Assembly (NCBI GenBank): GCA_030264375.1
Contig: JASCQW010000043.1
Coordinates: 72,125,124-72,189,123, forward strand
Reading direction: 5' to 3'
DNA length: 64,000 nucleotides
Source of the DNA: Carcharhinus longimanus
Lineage: Eukaryota
Position 1 is the first letter of the stretch. Each line of letters begins with the position of its first letter. Position numbers and translations under genes: made by a program. The notes below the pieces were generated by a model. That model worked only from the letters and a program-made list of their open reading frames with translations, had not been told where the DNA came from and made no database searches. Positions 35,971-48,600 of this stretch are shown here, one piece after another.

Positions 35971-37704
35971 TCTTCCATTAAATTCAGTTAAGTCATAGAG
36001 CTTTGCCTTGTTTCCTATCTCTTCTGGTAAAATAGTGAAAAGAGTGAATGCATTCTTACAGCTAGGATTTCCCTTGATCACTTTCAGTGTGACTTTCAAT
36101 ATAACCATTCACGTCCCCTATATTGGACTGGGATAATTAAACAAAAACAATCCTACCTAATATCTATTCTTATGAACATTGGACCCCTAATATTATGACT
36201 TCTAAATTGTTAGGTACTACTCTAAGGTATGACTTAGTGTTCAACTGGGAGTAGAGGATGAGTTGGAGAAAGATTACCGAATTATTTATATAGTAAGAAA
36301 TGAAATACAAAAGCTATGTTGAGTTTGTATGAAAAGGCACATGTAAATACAAGACGTACAAGAACGAGCATGAGAGGAAAAAACAAAAATGAGCACTTAG
36401 TCCGGAGTGTGCTATTCAACTCTTATTAAAGAACAAAATCCAGTGAGCGTAGGAGCTGAATGCACTGTGTAGTAAAAAAAAGCTGCATGTGCCTTCATTA
36501 ATGATTCAGTAAGTGGTTTCAGTTTTCTCTCTGTTAAGGGGAGTGCCAGATAATCAATAAATCAGTTTCAAGGTCAGGAATGTATTCTCCTATGTCTCTC
36601 TGCCCACCTGCATCAAAAAGCAACACAACATGTTCAGGCTATGCATTTCTTCATTGATTAGAGAATTACCAGCTGGAAGACATTCTACTTAAGAAAAATG
36701 TTCAGGATTGCGAATATGTACCAGTGTACTCTTTGCAGAGAAGTGCCATGCAGACGTTTATAGCGTAATGTTTATTTCCATGTAGTTTTATCTGTTTTTA
36801 TAATAAATTTTAAAATGAATATTGGGAAGTTGTGTTGCTCCTGATACTTCAGGTTTACTTGCCTTTGACTTACACAGTAGAAAGTGGGAGTAATGCTGCT
36901 GCTGGCATTATTGTGCTGTTCCTTGTTCTTTCATCCAAATAAATTCAAAGTGCCGACTTTGTGTAATAACTGGAATAAATCGTGCTTTTTTTCAGTGGGA
37001 TTTTCAAAATGAATCTCCCAGACTCTATCAGCAGACCCGACCCACTCCACTGGCCAGTCTCAATGGCTGTCCACCCTCCCTCTGACTATGAACCCAAATT
37101 CAGAGTGGGAGCAGGGCCCCACCCCCCCATCCTGATGCTTGGTGTGCAGTGTCAAGGTGCCCTTTGGGCATTTCCACTTTGCCCCTTGAGCAGTACTAGG
37201 TGGCCAGGCTGGCACTACTAGGCTGGCAATGCCCAGGAGGCACCACTCCTTACTTCCTAGGGGAGCCTCAATGGCCTCCAGCGGGGTCAGGCCGCCAGCT
37301 GCCTGTTAATGGGGAGCTGTTGTAAACCCTGTTGGAGTGACGTACTCCTGGTGGGGGTGGGGAGACACTAGCTGGCCCGGAGACTTCAGTCCCAGGCCCA
37401 CTAATGATACTAAAGTGTGAATTTGCAACTGAGTTCCAGCGCAGAGCTGATGACGCTGGAAATCCAGTGGCCGGAAACATGCAGAGACTGCTGGAACAGT
37501 GCAGCAGATTGGGAGAATTGCCCCCGTTATTTTTTTCCATGGTATTTAATAGACCTGAAGGGGGAATCTCTTCAACGAGTTTCTTTCAGAAGTCAAAGAA
37601 TAATCAATGCATTTCCCCCCACCCCATACCCTGAAGTCAATCATATTCCAGTTGGTACAAGCAAACTTCTTGATGATCTTGCAGTATTCCCACTCAATGT
37701 ATAG

Positions 37705-38140
37705 AAAGAAGGTCTTGCTTTTCTATATAACCTTTGAAGCCCTCAGGACACCCTCAACCTCTTTGTAGCCAATTAAATACTTGTGAGGTATAATCACTGT
37801 AGGGCCAAAGGAGGAAACAAGACAGCCAACTTCCACAGAGTCTGACAGAACCTGATTTTTTAAGTGATGGTGGTTGACGGATAAAAATATTGGCCAGGAC
37901 ACTGAGGGAAAACTCCCCCGTGTTTCTTTTAAATGGTTCCATGGAACCTTTCAGGTCCATCTGAGAAAGCAGATAAGCCCTTGGTTTAAAATCTCATCTA
38001 AAAGACAAGAGCTCTGATGGTGTGCTAATCACTCAGTACTCCAGATAGTTAGCACAGTTTTTATACTGAATTCAAGGGAATAGTGCTTGAGCGCAGAATT
38101 TTCAGAGTTGGGAATGCAGTGGTGGACAAAAGCCATGTTG
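37705..38140 (-). mobile_element. Deu-domain SINE
   Basis: aatattggccaggacactgagggaaaactcccc...ccatggaacctttcaggtccatctgagaaagcagataagcccttggtttaaaatctcatc resembles the reverse Deu domain. Confidence 0.7.
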
Positions 38141-40510
38141 GCATTAATGATGTTCCAATCCATTTAATTGATTCTTCCGTAAGCATTGTGCAAATTCTAT
38201 GCTGACAGTCAAATTATGGATAGGTTCGTGAAATTTTTAAATGTAAAAAAAAATCACTCAAAGGAGTCAATCTGATTAACATTAAAGTGTTTGATTTTGT
38301 TCCATCCATATTTGTTAACCGCTGGAGTTTTTATTGTTTCATCTTGAATTATGATATCGCAAGTGGAAGTATGAGCTGAGCAATGTATTGTGACCAACAT
38401 TGTGAGAACTGAAATGTCGTCAGTTGAGACACAATCATTAACGCAAAGGGACTTCAGCATGAAGTCGTCTTCTTTTTCTTATTCTCCTTATCCACTGAGT
38501 GGTGCACTAAAGCAGATTTAATTTGTTTCCATAGCTAGTAATCCCTGCAGCAGGTCTGTCGCCAGGGGTTTATAGCTTGAGACATCAAACATGGCTGACC
38601 AGGAGTCTCTCTTGCTCTTACCGCCAGCCATTGGCGAGTCTGCAAGGAATTACAGGTTGACACACTGAATCCACTTGACTGTGCTCTGAACGCACCTTCC
38701 TCAGTCATCAAGTCCTGAGGTGGGACTTGAACACGGAGCTACTGACTCAGAGACAGGAATGCTACCTACTGCATGAAGTGCATATGCTAATTCAGTTTGG
38801 GAGGTTTTCTAACCAGATAATCCCAATAATAAATCCAAATTCATCATTTCCACCAAAATATTTAGATATAGCAAAACAAAAAGAGTGTACGGTCAATCAA
38901 AATTCTTTGCAATGACTTACGAACATACAGAAAGGAATTTCAAATCTCAGCTAGGAAACCTGCGCAGAGAACAGTTAGCGGTTACTGACCAACTGACTGC
39001 CTGAAAAGGGTATAAACAGGCAGCTATATAGTTCCCTGTTATTTGAACATTGGGCAGCCTGGCAGCCACCCACAGGAGCTCAGTTGTGGGGAAGGATTCA
39101 GATGAGTCAGTTGGATAGGAAGTGGGGTGCCCAGAGACCACCTGGACCTCCTGAAACCACAGGAAAGGTTTAAAGCTTAACTTACCGCATCTATTCTTTC
39201 GATGAGTTTTCTCTGAGCAGGAAAGACGCAGAGGGTGCCTTGCTCAATTAGTGGTTAAAATGCAAGTCCTACGTCCATTATTCCTATTAATTATAATTAG
39301 TTATTAAAATAGTCTGGTGTCTCTCTGCAGCATTCAAGTGGGCTGCCTGCGCAGGTGAATCTGCTGGCAGACCTGTTGAGTATTTCCTACATTCTCTGTT
39401 TTGGTATTGGATTTCCAGCATCTGCCATGATTTGCTTTCGTTGAGGAATACTGCTGGCTTCCACCCTTGGAATTAAAATTTCTCATCTCGTTTGTTTTTA
39501 ATTCCAGTTTTAAATATGTTCAAGGCCCATTTATATTATTAAATGACTAAAACCTTTACATTTGTTAATCTGTAATGGCAGTAGATAGTGTTATCTTTGA
39601 TTGGTGCTGGTTAAATAAACTTATTGCCTCCAGGAAGTGACAACAATTTTGAATGAATAAGCACCTGGTGGGGATGAGTGTGAATCTCACTGGAGAAAAG
39701 GTCATCAAAAGGCATTTGAATTAACCCTTAGATTAACCAACCACCATGCTGCTGTGAACAACAAATCAATTAAAGAGCATCAGAGTCCCAGCAATAGTGG
39801 ACTGGTGGCGATCGTAACTTTAAATTGTACTTGTTTTGATTATCTGGTTTTGCTAATCTATACCTTTTTTATACGATCAGCTATAAATATTAGTTCAGTG
39901 TTAGAATGTGTGTTTCATCTAATCAAGTTCAATTCTGGGTCAGAAGTATGTTGTAATGTGTCTCAAATGGTAACACTCATGGTCCAAAGATGTTTGAACT
40001 TGAGTCTNNNNNNNNNNNNNNNNNNNNNNNNNNNNNNNNNNNNNNNNNNNNNNNNNNNNNNNNNNNNNNNNNNNNNNNNNNNNNNNATACCAATGTTCAG
40101 GTTGCTATTAAAGACACCAAGCATAATTCAAACAAAAGCACTGAAGCTATTTGAAATTCTGGTTAACATCTCTTCCTCAACCATGACCAGAACAGATGAA
40201 GTAACTATTAATTTCATTGCTCTTTGCAAGGTGTTGCTGACCCTGAATGACAGTACATGTGTCCACATAATCAATCCACCTCAAATGTATGCATTTTGAT
40301 TACATGAAAATTGTTTTATGATTCTTCAAAATTAAAAGGCACAACATGCAAATAATAACAATGTTTGTAATAATATTACAATATAGGAATAGATGACATA
40401 TGTGCCTGTGCAACAAACATCCAGAGTAATGGAGTAAAGCAATCACATTTCCTGTGCTTGATCATGGTTATAAAATCCATTTAATCAAATTGTACACATA
40501 AGCAGTTTAT

Positions 40511-40525
40511 CCACTAGATGGAGCA
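40511..40525 (+). promoter_or_regulatory. Candidate CTCF site
   Basis: CCACTAGATGGAGCA is close to the CTCF core CCASYAGRKGGCRS; sits in apparently unique intronic sequence. Confidence 0.35.
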
Positions 40526-41603
40526 TTAATTAGGCAGCCGTTAGTGCTCTAAAGGATGCTCATGTTTGTTTAATGCTTGTTAGATTAAATCTGACATTGG
40601 GTGAATCCATGTTGCCTGCTTTTCACTGATGTAAGGACAAGTCGAGACCCACCAATTCTTTTATTTCTTCTATCATAAGCCATGTTAATTTTTTTTAGTA
40701 CAGGTTACAGTAAAATACTATATAAGTCACATTGTCCCGAACAATTTTTTGTGGGGCTTCTCCTTTTAAACTAAATACAACCTGAACAGTACTGCAGAGG
40801 CAAGCAATTCCCTCTCATAGAAAATTACAGACAATTTTCTATTAGAAAATTTGATTCCTTTAATTCCTAAAATATTTTGTATTTTAAAAATTAGACCCCC
40901 GTTTGCCAAAAATATGACCATCAAATTCCATGTGCAGAGTAAATCTGTGTAACATTTTTCTTGTGCTTGTTGAAATCAGCAGTTTCCATCCATGAATTTG
41001 TGAGATTATCCTATTCAAGGGTTGAGAGTTTGTGAAAATTGATAAATCTGATCTATCTGCAATAGTAGTGCAACCCCATCTAGTTCTGTATCATAAAACT
41101 GTTACAAAAGAAAAATTCATCTGCATCAATAAAAATCTTTGGTGGATTTTATACCCAGTCACACCTGGTGGGAACATTGCAACTAGAGGTTTAAGATGGC
41201 AGGGAGGGATTGCTCTGTATTCCTGATGTCCTCACCCATACCATTTTATCTGACCTGAAGTTAGAAATAGGAATAATACAACGATTCTTTCCTGTCCCAG
41301 TCCCAATGTCCCCAGAGCCATATCTACCTTGTTGGAGATAGTTTCCGTAGATTCCAGGTAATGGCTTGACAGATTCCGTCCGATTCCCAACAACTCTCGT
41401 CTCTTTTCACTTATGTGCCATTTAATGGCCACTTAAGTGCCTCACCTTAACATCATTGTTATTTTTTCTGTGGCAGGAGGAGGTGCATGCCAGGTGAGGA
41501 GCCTGATAACTTTAACTGAGTGAACTGGCATTGGACAAATGCCTGGGGACCTCCTTTGGAGCCTCCTGTGCCAATTGGAGCCATCGCCATGCCCCACCAA
41601 GGT

Positions 41604-41940
41604 CATAGAGTCATAGTGGTTTACAGCATGGAAACAGGCCCTTCAGCCCAACTTGTCTATGCCGCCTTTTTTTTAAACCCCTAAGCAAATCCCAGNNNNN
41701 NNNNNNNNNNNNNNNNNNNNNNNNNNNNNNNNNNNNNNNNNNNNNNNNNNNNNNNNNNNNNNNNNNNNNNNNNNNNNNNNTACTACCTCTGGCAGCTTGT
41801 TCCAGACACTCAGCACCCTCTGTGAAAAAATTGCCCCTCTGGACCCTTTTGTATCTCTTCCCTCTCACCTTAAATCTATGTCCTCTTGTTTTAGACTCCC
41901 ATACCTTTGGGAAAAGATGTTGACTACATAGTTGACCCAT
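41604..41940 (-). mobile_element. CR1 LINE 3' end spanning a gap
   Basis: ORF 41611..41943 HLFPKVWESKTRGHRFKVRGKRYKRVQRGNFFT; same subfamily as 1-345. Confidence 0.88.
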
Positions 41941-43959
41941 CACTCTTTAACCCTGCTCCCTGGCCTTACAAATCTGGCCCTCCATTCCGTCATCCCCCTC
42001 GCTGGGCCATTATTTCTCAATATCTTTTCCTTAATTGAAGAAAGTTTGTCAGAGGGTCAACATCAATAATGTGGGATGCAATCTTGATGATAAGTCAAAT
42101 CATATTAAGAGGTTGCCAGGAGATGACACCTAACATGGGTTTCGACTACCTAGAGATAATAGGAGGGAGGATGACAGAGTGAGATAGAGAACTCCAATGT
42201 TTGAAGTTCTGGGGTAGCAGAGTAGGAAACTGAGAAGGTTGAGAGGAAAGAAAACGTGTAGCAAGGCACATTTGCAATTTCAAAGGCGCAAGACAGAAAA
42301 AGACAAAGGAACGACAACCGTAGTCAATCAATAAAGTACAAGAAGTCAAGATTATAATGGAGACAGGATTCAAGATAGAGTCTTAAATTTGAGATTTGCG
42401 CAAATCAGGAATATCAGCTGCTGTAAATCCAGAGTCCAAAATGTCACAAACACTTACACGTAAGAGATTTTGAAAATTCGGCGTGACTCACACAATGCTG
42501 CATCTGTCAGCTCCAAAAGTGAAGAAACCTTGCAGGAATTTCCATCCATTGATATTAATAAATGGGAAAAGCTGTTTGGGAGGCCTAATCTCTGTGGTAG
42601 ATTCCCATTGCTGCTGTTGGCACACAAAACTTTAAACTGGAAGCGTAATAATCTTTAGTATCAAAGGGCTTTCTGGAAATTGGTGTTCCTAGCTGTTGCA
42701 TGGCAGTCTTAATGAAGGGCCTCTTCCAGAAAATGACTTCTACTCTTAATGTCTTTGAAAGACGTTGTCAAAAAGATATTCAGTTGTTCTGCCTGTAATC
42801 GTGCACAAGTATTAGCAAAGAATTTATCCATTGCTGTCACTGAATACTGGATAGTGGGTACTGCAAATCACAAAGCTGGAGTATGGAGTTTGCTTTTTTG
42901 AAGCTCTAGAGATAATTTAGCGAACAATGAATGAACCAGTTTGCTTCAAAATTGTTTCATGTTTGTATTTATCATTTTCAGTACAGACTTTTAGTAACTC
43001 AAGTTTAATCCAAATGAAACAATCAGCAAACCTGAAGTACCCTGTCCCATTTTAAGCCATTTAAATTAATTCAGGGTGAACATGTGGGGCCCACCATGCT
43101 TTGCTTTAAGAATATTCCAGTGAAAAAGTAGTGCAATTTTAGACACTGCTGTTGTTCTCCAAGGCAGTGTACATCTGTCCTGCTGTTCAGCATGCTCTGG
43201 AGTCCAGTCTTCCTAGCCTCGTAACATTGCAGAGACTTTCATGCTCAGCAGGGGACGTTAGTGTGTGGCATTGGCAGCTGACTAAAGTAGAATGATGGCC
43301 TGAGCATATTGCTTCAAATCTAGGATGTTTTAAGAGAAACAATGTAAATGATTTCTGCTAGAACAACCAAAATAAATGGCTAGGATTCTCTTCTCACAAT
43401 TGGACCTTAAAGTTGACAAAATCTCTGCATAGAATATGGAAACTGAGGGATTCTGCTGTCTCACTGTTCTCATCACAAAGCAGGTGGTAGCAGGAATGAG
43501 GCACTTCCGAACTTCTAATAGATAACCCTCATAACCATATCAGTTACCTTTGCTATCCCAAGCCAGGTAGTAGTGGGCCCTAGGCAGACGGATAATGACA
43601 CTGGGTACCTACAAGTCAGCCAACCTTGTCATCTTCAGCTTACCCTTAGCTCAGTGTTAATACTCTCCTATGTCAGAAGGTTGTCAGAATGCAAAACTTT
43701 AAGTTGACCCTCCATTGTGCCACTCTGGCAGTGTTGAGCTGTCAGAGAGTTTGGCAAGAATTCTCCAATCTTGTACACACTGCCACCGCTTCCAGTGAGA
43801 ATACAGAATTTGGCACTCAGCCAAAACTCCATTCACTGTAGAGGGACAGGAGAATCCCAGCCGCAGGCAAGGTTGGAGAATTCCAGCAGCCATTTTTCAG
43901 ATAAGCATTATACTAAGGCCTCATCTATCTTTAAGACTTTGGGCTGTTGTGAAAGATAA

Positions 43960-44087
43960 GGGTGGGATTTTCCAGCTTCACTCGCCTCAAAACTGGAAAA
44001 TCCCACCAGAGGTCAGTGGATCTTTGCAAGGTCTGCACCATCTGCCCACTACGATTCCCATGGTGGGCAAGATGGAAAAATTCCCCC
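43960..44087. mobile_element. PIF/Harbinger MITE with TAA target-site duplication
   Basis: taa|gggtgggattttcc...ggaaaaattccccc|taa (TAA at 43957-43959 and 44088-44090). Confidence 0.8.
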
Positions 44088-44316
44088 TAAGTCTTTCTTT
44101 CTGTTCTATTCCTTTAAATGACTGGCCACCCCTAGTCCTACTGCAGCACCGCAGGGATTTCACATCTGGAGAGTAGCAAGTTCCCTTTTGGTAGCACAAG
44201 TTTCCAATAGGCCAATGAGTAAATGCAACATACTTGACGCCAAGTTAAAAAGATCAAGGTTTCAGGTTTAACCCACACCTGTGTTAAATTAGCAGATCTC
44301 TGTCAAAACAGTGTTG

Positions 44317-44654
44317 ATGTGTTGGACTGGGGTAAACACAGTAAGAAGTCTCACAACACCAGGTTAAACATTTATTTGGTCGCAAACGCCACTAGCTTTC
44401 AGGGCTTCGGAGATACACATCTCTTTAACCTATGCTTAATGCTATCTCCACTCACATTGTCTGCACCTTTAAGACTTGATTAGCTGTAANNNNNNNNNNN
44501 NNNNNNNNNNNNNNNNNNNNNNNNNTGTACCTTTTATATGCCCTGTTTGTGGTCAGAACTCCCCACTCACCTGACAAAGGGGCAAAGCCCCGAAAGCTAG
44601 TGACATTTGCTACTGAATAAACCTGTTGGACTTTAACCTGATGTTGTGAGACTT
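44317..44654. mobile_element. Penelope-type element with inverted terminal arms, hammerhead-like motif and 12-bp TSD
   Basis: AAAACAGTGTTG at 44305-44316 and 44655-44666; same family as 18413-18612; internal N gap. Confidence 0.75.
44567..44603 (+). ncRNA. Minimal type I hammerhead ribozyme-like motif (core mutated)
   Basis: TCAC-CTGACAA-A-GGGGC-aaa-GCCCC-GAAA-GCTA-GTGA: stem I TCAC/GTGA, stem II hairpin, GAAA, palindromic AGCT stem III, UA cleavage site. CUGANGA core reads CUGACAA. Confidence 0.55.
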
Positions 44655-45580
44655 AAAACAGTGTTGGACAGGGAAATTGGCATCAAGGTTCTTTTCACTC
44701 ATTACTATTCAGTAACTCCTGCTGGAAACTGTATATATTTGGAAGTTTATTAATAACAAGATCAGGCTCAACTATGTTGACTCCATAATTCAATAGGGTG
44801 GGCCAAAGCTCATGTGGAGCATAAATACCATCATCAAAGAATCAGGCTGACTGAGCTTTCTCTGTGCTTAAAGTTAATGTCTGTTGACACTCTTGTGTTC
44901 AGGTTCCAACATAAAGTCTGACCACTTGACTGAGGTACTGGTGGGTTATTACTTCCACAAAGCCAGCCTAATCTGCCTTCAGGAAATGTGGGAAGAAAAT
45001 TTGGGAAAAAATTTCAGGAATTGGTGGGGTTGGAATGCTTAACATATTTGTAGAGTTGAACAGTTAGCCCATATTATTGTGTTAATCAATTATTATGAGT
45101 AAACTAAAGAATCATTAAAATGATTGGTGGTTTATTCAGCATTAAGTCTTGTTGCAGACATTCATTCAAATTCTTTAAACATTACCATGTTTAGTTTTGA
45201 AAGGTGAAAAATGATTTACAAAATGGGCACTCACTGAAGAAAGTACAGATTCTGATTTGCCATAGAGACTTTGGTTTTATTTAAAGCATTTTGTTTGTTA
45301 TAATTCTATGAGTTTGATTAGCCTTAAGTCCATTTCTGCCGCATTGAGCATTTTTCTGTGAGCACTCAAACTAGATTATAGAAATCTGGGTGCACCCAGT
45401 GCTGCAGAATTTATACGAAAAAGTCCAGAAACCCATATCTTTATCTCTCTATTTATTCACAGAAAGAAATGCACATATCTTTGGAGGGAGGGCATGGGGT
45501 GAATGGAAAATTAAACCTTTTCACTATCCAGTGAAAAGTTTTGCAGCCTATCTTCATTTTTCTTTTGTTAAATTTTATAG

Positions 45581-45609
45581 GAAGACAACGGCATATTGTG
45601 GAATGGTGA
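45581..45609 (+). CDS. Candidate alternative terminal exon for a truncated, kinase-less Trk isoform (GRQRHIVEW*)
   Basis: Strong pyrimidine-rich acceptor tcttcatttttcttttgttaaattttatag; in frame with the phase-1 TM donor; TGA at 45607-45609; AATAAA at 45944-45949 followed by a T/GT-rich tract. No transcript evidence. Confidence 0.4.
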
Positions 45610-48600
45610 AACAAGTGGAGAAGGCTGTCATGCAGATTTGATTTTAAGGAAATGTACCAAAAGGGATACTGCCTCTTTAATTGCATGTCTAAAGTGAGCT
45701 CTAAGTGCTAAAACGAATTACACATTTGACTTCATTATTGTTGCTCCACTGCACTTCTTTTTGATGGGTCAACTCAATGCTACATTGCAAGGGCTATAAT
45801 TAAAGTAATGGCCCATAAGGCTCGCTGGATATGTTCTTCTCATGATTCAGAGCAGTCTTGGATATAAAGTAACTTTCTAAATTTCATGTCATTAGGTTTT
45901 AATTATTTTGTTTTTGTTTTGTTATTTTAATTGAAATGCTACCAATAAAACAATGGTACCTTTTTGTTTTGGTTGTATTTTATCATTTATTCTATTTTGT
46001 TTGGAGCTACTATTGATTCCACCTTCTGGAATATGATTATGACTTTATCATTTGAAATTCTTGTGTTCTTTTTGTTGCTGTATGTATATGTTATTGTGTA
46101 TAAAAATTGAATTGTTGGATTTTAAAAAAATGTAACTTTCAGACACAAAAAGTAATATAGAATAGACTCAGTACTGAAAAATTGACAGTATCACTCCATT
46201 CTCTTCTTCATCAGAGGTTATTATAAACACAAAAGTTCAAAAGCATCTAATTTATGATATTAACACATGGGCCAGAATTCTCCAGTCTTGCATGGCCTGC
46301 CACCGCTGACAGAGACAATGGAAAACTTGGCACTTAGCCAAATCTCTCTTCATAGCAGCGAGACTGGAGAATCCCAGCCATATGTTTTTGTAGAATAGAA
46401 GAAGATAGGAGATTAGTCCCTTATTTGAAAAAAATCATTTAAACTCAAAATCCTATCTGCTCCCTAAGCGATTACCCTGTTTGAGTCTGAAACAGTAATT
46501 AATGTCACCAAGCTAAGCAATTTTGTTGTAGGTTTAGATGCTGCTATGGTTTTTGTAATGAAATTGTTAAACATGCTGTGCTCTTGACAAGAGACTGTGC
46601 ACTGATGATGTGATTTTCATTCCAAACAAGCATAACCTTCTGCACAAGATAAAATTCAAAGCCACATCCAGTTCATTAACTGAGACAGGAATGCACCAAC
46701 TGTGACGGATCCTTTTTTTTCTCGTTTTAAGAAGAGGTGAGCCTGAACCATGTTTCCTGCCCTTGCCCTCACCCAATCAATCAGTAGCTGAACAAGTGCA
46801 ACCAGTTTTGGAAAGGAAATGGTTATTGAACCCTCCACTGGAAACCATGAAAATAATAGCTCTCATTGAGCTGCATGGAAATCTTTCTTTTTAATGGTGC
46901 ACCTCACTAAATGCCTCTCACTATATGCTCAGTTATCCTGTGCCAACATTGCATAGGCTTCAAAGGTCATTTCTTTCTTGGCAACGTAATAAAGGAAAGG
47001 ACATTGTCCCTTAATTATTATTTATAAAGTATATTGCTGCACTTCCTGGGTCATTTTACTCTTTTTTTTTAGTTTATGCATGCATGCTTGGTGTCATATA
47101 ATTTGGCATACAGAACTAAAATGTTATCTCACTGGAAACCAAGTAGTCTGACAGATAAAAGCAAGTATTTTTAATTCTTTTTAGCTTGTGATGAAATCAG
47201 AGGTAATTGAGAGGAGATATTACAGAAGAGTTCACACGTTCCTTTTCTTGGTGACAGAGAAATCGATTTTTAAAGTAAGGGATTTTCAGAGAGAATTTAA
47301 TTCTCGCCCCTCATCGACATGAGAGCCGGCAGCAATTGCATAGCAGCCGTTTTCAGGAGACCTGTCTTGATTAAATTCATTCTGTTGGCTGCCATTTGAG
47401 TTCCAGGCTCATGAGAGGGGAATTTCCTGTTGGAATTTTTCCTCCAGGTTGGATGACCCACCTCTGAGAGCTGATGGTCAGGTCACTTTTCAGTACTGGC
47501 AGTGCCACTAGGAGCGTTGCCCCGTGCTGTTACTGCAACAGACCCAAGGCTGAAGCCCTGGAATGCAGGTAAGTTGGCGCAGAATTTTCAGGGCCAGTCA
47601 GACAACCATGGGGGAAAGGATCAGTGTAAAGTTCTGGGGTGTGTCTTCCTGTGGGTCCCTCCCTTACTATCAATGGATCCCTCTGGGCACTGGGTGCCTG
47701 AGAAGGAGAGATCTGCCCTCAAACAGGCCACAGGCATGCCCATCAGGGTTTACCTGGCAGTTTTCCCACAAGGTGTGGCCCCCACATACTATTCATAGAC
47801 CATTAGCGATTGTGATTTGTGGGCTGTAAGTGGTCCTGAAGCAGTCATTTAAAGGCCTCAACTGGCCTGAGGTTAAAAAAAACTTTTTTGATTCTTCCGA
47901 CCCCAGAATTAATGAGGGAGTGGGGTGGGGGGAGCAACTGACAAGATAATGTGGTCTCCAACCCGGACCTTCCTACCCTATTATACAGCCCCCCATTGCA
48001 GCTCCTAACCCACTCCTGGGCACACCATTAAATCCTGCCCTTCATCTTATAAAGTGCTTCTGAGGACATGGTGGTAAAATGGTGGTTTGTGCTTCATATC
48101 ACAACAACACTCAATTAAAAGGAAAGCCTAGAAATCTATTGTGGTCGGTCTAGATAAAACTATTCATGTATTTTAGCATCTGCTCAACTATGAATAAATT
48201 GTCTGTATCGAAGCATCCTCTCTTCCGTTTGAAAATTCAAGGACAGAGCATCTGCCCCACATCTGTGGCTTTAAGTGAAGGAGCAGATTTTGTGAAAGAA
48301 AGAAGTTGATTCAGTGTTGTTCTCTTTGATTGCGCTTTTCATTTTCCTATTAATATTCTTCATGGGTTTTTTCTGAGGGGTAGTGAAACTCCCCCATTAT
48401 GTTTCATTTGGACAGGAATCAAGTAGCTTTGTGGGGAGGGGGGGGTGCGGAATGGGTATGCTTGTGTGAATGTGGCTGGCTGCTAAAGTGTGGGAGAGGA
48501 GCTTGTTGCAGGATTAGGAACTGACGATGAGAGGGGCAAGAAGGACAACTTTTATAATGAATTTGAGTTTGTCAGCACTGATGGTGGCCACCTCTTCAAG

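Noticed and set aside
39754-40299. 181-aa ORF, the longest of several gap-spanning ORFs apart from the CR1-derived one at 24594
   Set aside because: Length is inflated by an N run and there is no similarity to known proteins.
45896-45930. attag|GTTTTAAT... reading GFNYFVFVLLF* as a T1-like exon
   Set aside because: T-rich low-complexity sequence with a poor acceptor; better explained as 3' UTR of the 45581 candidate or plain intron.
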